Assembly: GCA_028534125.1 (NCBI GenBank) | Contig: CM052818.1 | Location: forward strand, 33,854,001 to 33,918,000 | Source of the DNA: Lama glama | Lineage: Eukaryota | DNA length: 64,000 nucleotides | Reading direction: 5' to 3' | Shown: in pieces, positions 54,746-64,000 of the stretch | How positions within the stretch are numbered: position 1 is the first letter of the stretch | Layout of the letters: each line of letters begins with the position of its first letter | Program-made: the position numbers and the translations under genes | Notes under the pieces: generated by a model | Seen by the model: only the letters and a program-made list of their open reading frames with translations | Database searches by the model: none | Told to the model about the DNA's origin: nothing

Positions 54746-55649
54746 TAGCATATTTGGTCTCCTATTACATTTACTACTGTAAATTCACTCCTCTAACGCG
54801 GTGTTTTTCATACAGAAACCTGTGGCATCGAATTCCCTTGCTTCCTTACTAGATTTCTGCAATGTCTGTGACGGGATTCTCCCTGCCTTAATCATACAGG
54901 GATTGAGTACATTGGAGCTGGAGCTAGCCAGGTAGAGAGCCTGAAAAAGTCAGATATGGCTGTTTCCTAAAATGTGGGCTCCCTGGAGATAATTAGGCAA
55001 AGGCTGCCAGCCTGACAAATCTACTCCCAGGAGTTTCCACCACCCTAGAAAGGATGTTGCACTGTATTCACAAAATTTTAAAATGTTAGAGCTGGAAAGG
55101 GATTAGGAAATCACCTAATCTATTGGTTTCCAAACACTTTTAGTTGTGGGCCCCTTTGCTTAAAAGTGGCTCTTTATAGAAGCATACACATTAAAAGAAA
55201 AAAAAAAGTTGAGGTAAAGAAGAACCTGTGATGCTTCCTCTCCAAACCTCTATAAACCTCTAAAACTGAGGAGTCCAGTTTCAAAAAATGCGTAGTCCGA
55301 CCCTCTTATTTCACAGGTGAGGAACGTTAAGTTCTAGGCTAGTGATGACGAAGGCTGCACAGCCCACTAGTTAGGAAACCAGTACCTAAATGTGCTGAAG
55401 TTCAGTAATTCCAATGCTTTTATTGGAGGAGTCATCTTTACGCAGCATTTCTAAAGACTACTGTGGACAAAGCATTGAACTAGTTGCTATGAGGACGACA
55501 AATATGAACAAGACCCAGTTCCACCCATTCGGAGCTCACAGTTGAGGCTAGTGAAGAACATAGAGACACTTAAAAAACAAAACAAAACAAAAAACAACAA
55601 CCCACCCACACGCACGCAATTAACTATGGCTAATCATAGTCTCCAAACT

Positions 55650-56300
55650 ATGATTCTCGAGACCGAGGAGGATGTCAGGACCTTGGCCAGTTCCGGACGC
55701 GGCAACAGTGAGGGTCTTTCTAGGTTGAGGCCCTGGCACCGGGGAGAGAAGGGGCAGGGGGCAGAAATCGGCCCCAAGTGGGAAGTATGGCAGGCGAGCC
55801 CCGCACCAAGACCCGGCGCACACCGATCAGAGCCGCCCTCCGTAGGTATTAGCGGCGCAGTCCACTCCCATTCCTGCTCTGGATGCAGGGGAAAGCCTCG
55901 CGAGCAGCCTAGCGGAAGGGGCGGGATCTGGGGCGGAAGTCCTGCCCGTTCAGGCCACGTGGTAGGGGCTGAGCTCGCGCACAGGTGAGTAGCGGGAGAT
56001 CCGCAATGACCGGCTTAAAGCGCCCTACGCACGGGGCTCCTGCAGCGCGGGTGACCGTTCCAGGCTCCAGGGAGTCAGAGGCTCTATTTCCGGTGTGTAG
56101 TTGGAGTCAGGGAGGATGCAGTCTGGTTCCAACTAAGAGAGTGAATTTGGAGACCGACCAGGCTCTGGATGAAAGCCAGAGTAAACTTTTCCTCCCGTGT
56201 GTCTCAGTCAGGACGGAGGCCCCGAGAAAACCCTGCTTCGGGGCTGGGGGTGGGGTGGGCGGGTGGCTGCCGCTGGGATTCCATAGCCGCCCACAGCCTT
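55650..56300 (+). promoter_or_regulatory. CpG-island promoter of MPV17 with non-coding exon 1 (donor after 55984)
   Basis: CpG-rich; GC box GGGGCGGG near 55918; ETS CGGAAGT near 55934; E-box CCACGTGG 55955-55962; donor CAG|GTGAGT at 55984/55985. Confidence 0.8.
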
Positions 56301-56432
56301 CCTCTCTTCCCTGATTGTCTAAGGCGACCCCTGTAAGAGGAACCTGTACAGGAAGCCTCTGCCCCTTAGGGCTTATTGGAAACGGAAAGGGGAGAGGAAG
56401 TGGGCACACGGGAATGAAGAGTGTTTCTTTAA

Positions 56433-63787
<7,355 letters not shown>

Positions 63788-64000
63788 GTAAGAGCTGACC
63801 CCTACGCTGCCTGTTCTCCTGCCTTCTTGAGTCCAGAAGTACCCAGGGATTGGGGGTCCTCCTGACACAGAAATCCCTCAGTTGGGATTACTCTCTCATT
63901 CCCGGTGTGGGCACTGTACTCAGGGAAGCACTCACCTGGTTGTGCAGCGTGTTCTTGTCTGCAGAAGTTGGAGTAAGGCCAGGCAGGGCAGTGAGCCTGG

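Overview
Mammalian, intron-containing genomic DNA, most likely from a camelid (inferred from two Vic-1-like tRNA-derived SINEs). It is orthologous to the gene-dense human 2p23.3 cluster. Gene order: PPM1G (+, exon 1 lies upstream of the window), ZNF513 (+), SNX17 (-), EIF2B4 (+), GTF3C2 (+), MPV17 (+, runs off the right end). I reconstructed the spliced CDSs by hand from GT-AG junctions. All frames close without stops: ZNF513 543 aa, SNX17 470 aa, EIF2B4 524 aa, GTF3C2 911 aa. Introns and intergenic DNA hold L1, L2, MIR, ERVL/MaLR LTR and hAT (MER) relics; repeat family names and boundaries are by-eye. I found no evidence for a wholly new gene system. The best second-look items are small. (1) A retroposed 5' half of tRNA-Arg(TCT) ending at the anticodon/intron boundary inside an L1 tail. 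(2) Interlocking opposite-strand poly(A) signals of ZNF513 and SNX17. (3) Stop-free 3n introns in ZNF513 and GTF3C2. (4) A strong-Kozak uORF in SNX17. (5) An ultra-short retrocopy with a perfect 16-bp TSD. (6) Mutually exclusive hairpins upstream of MPV17 exon 3.
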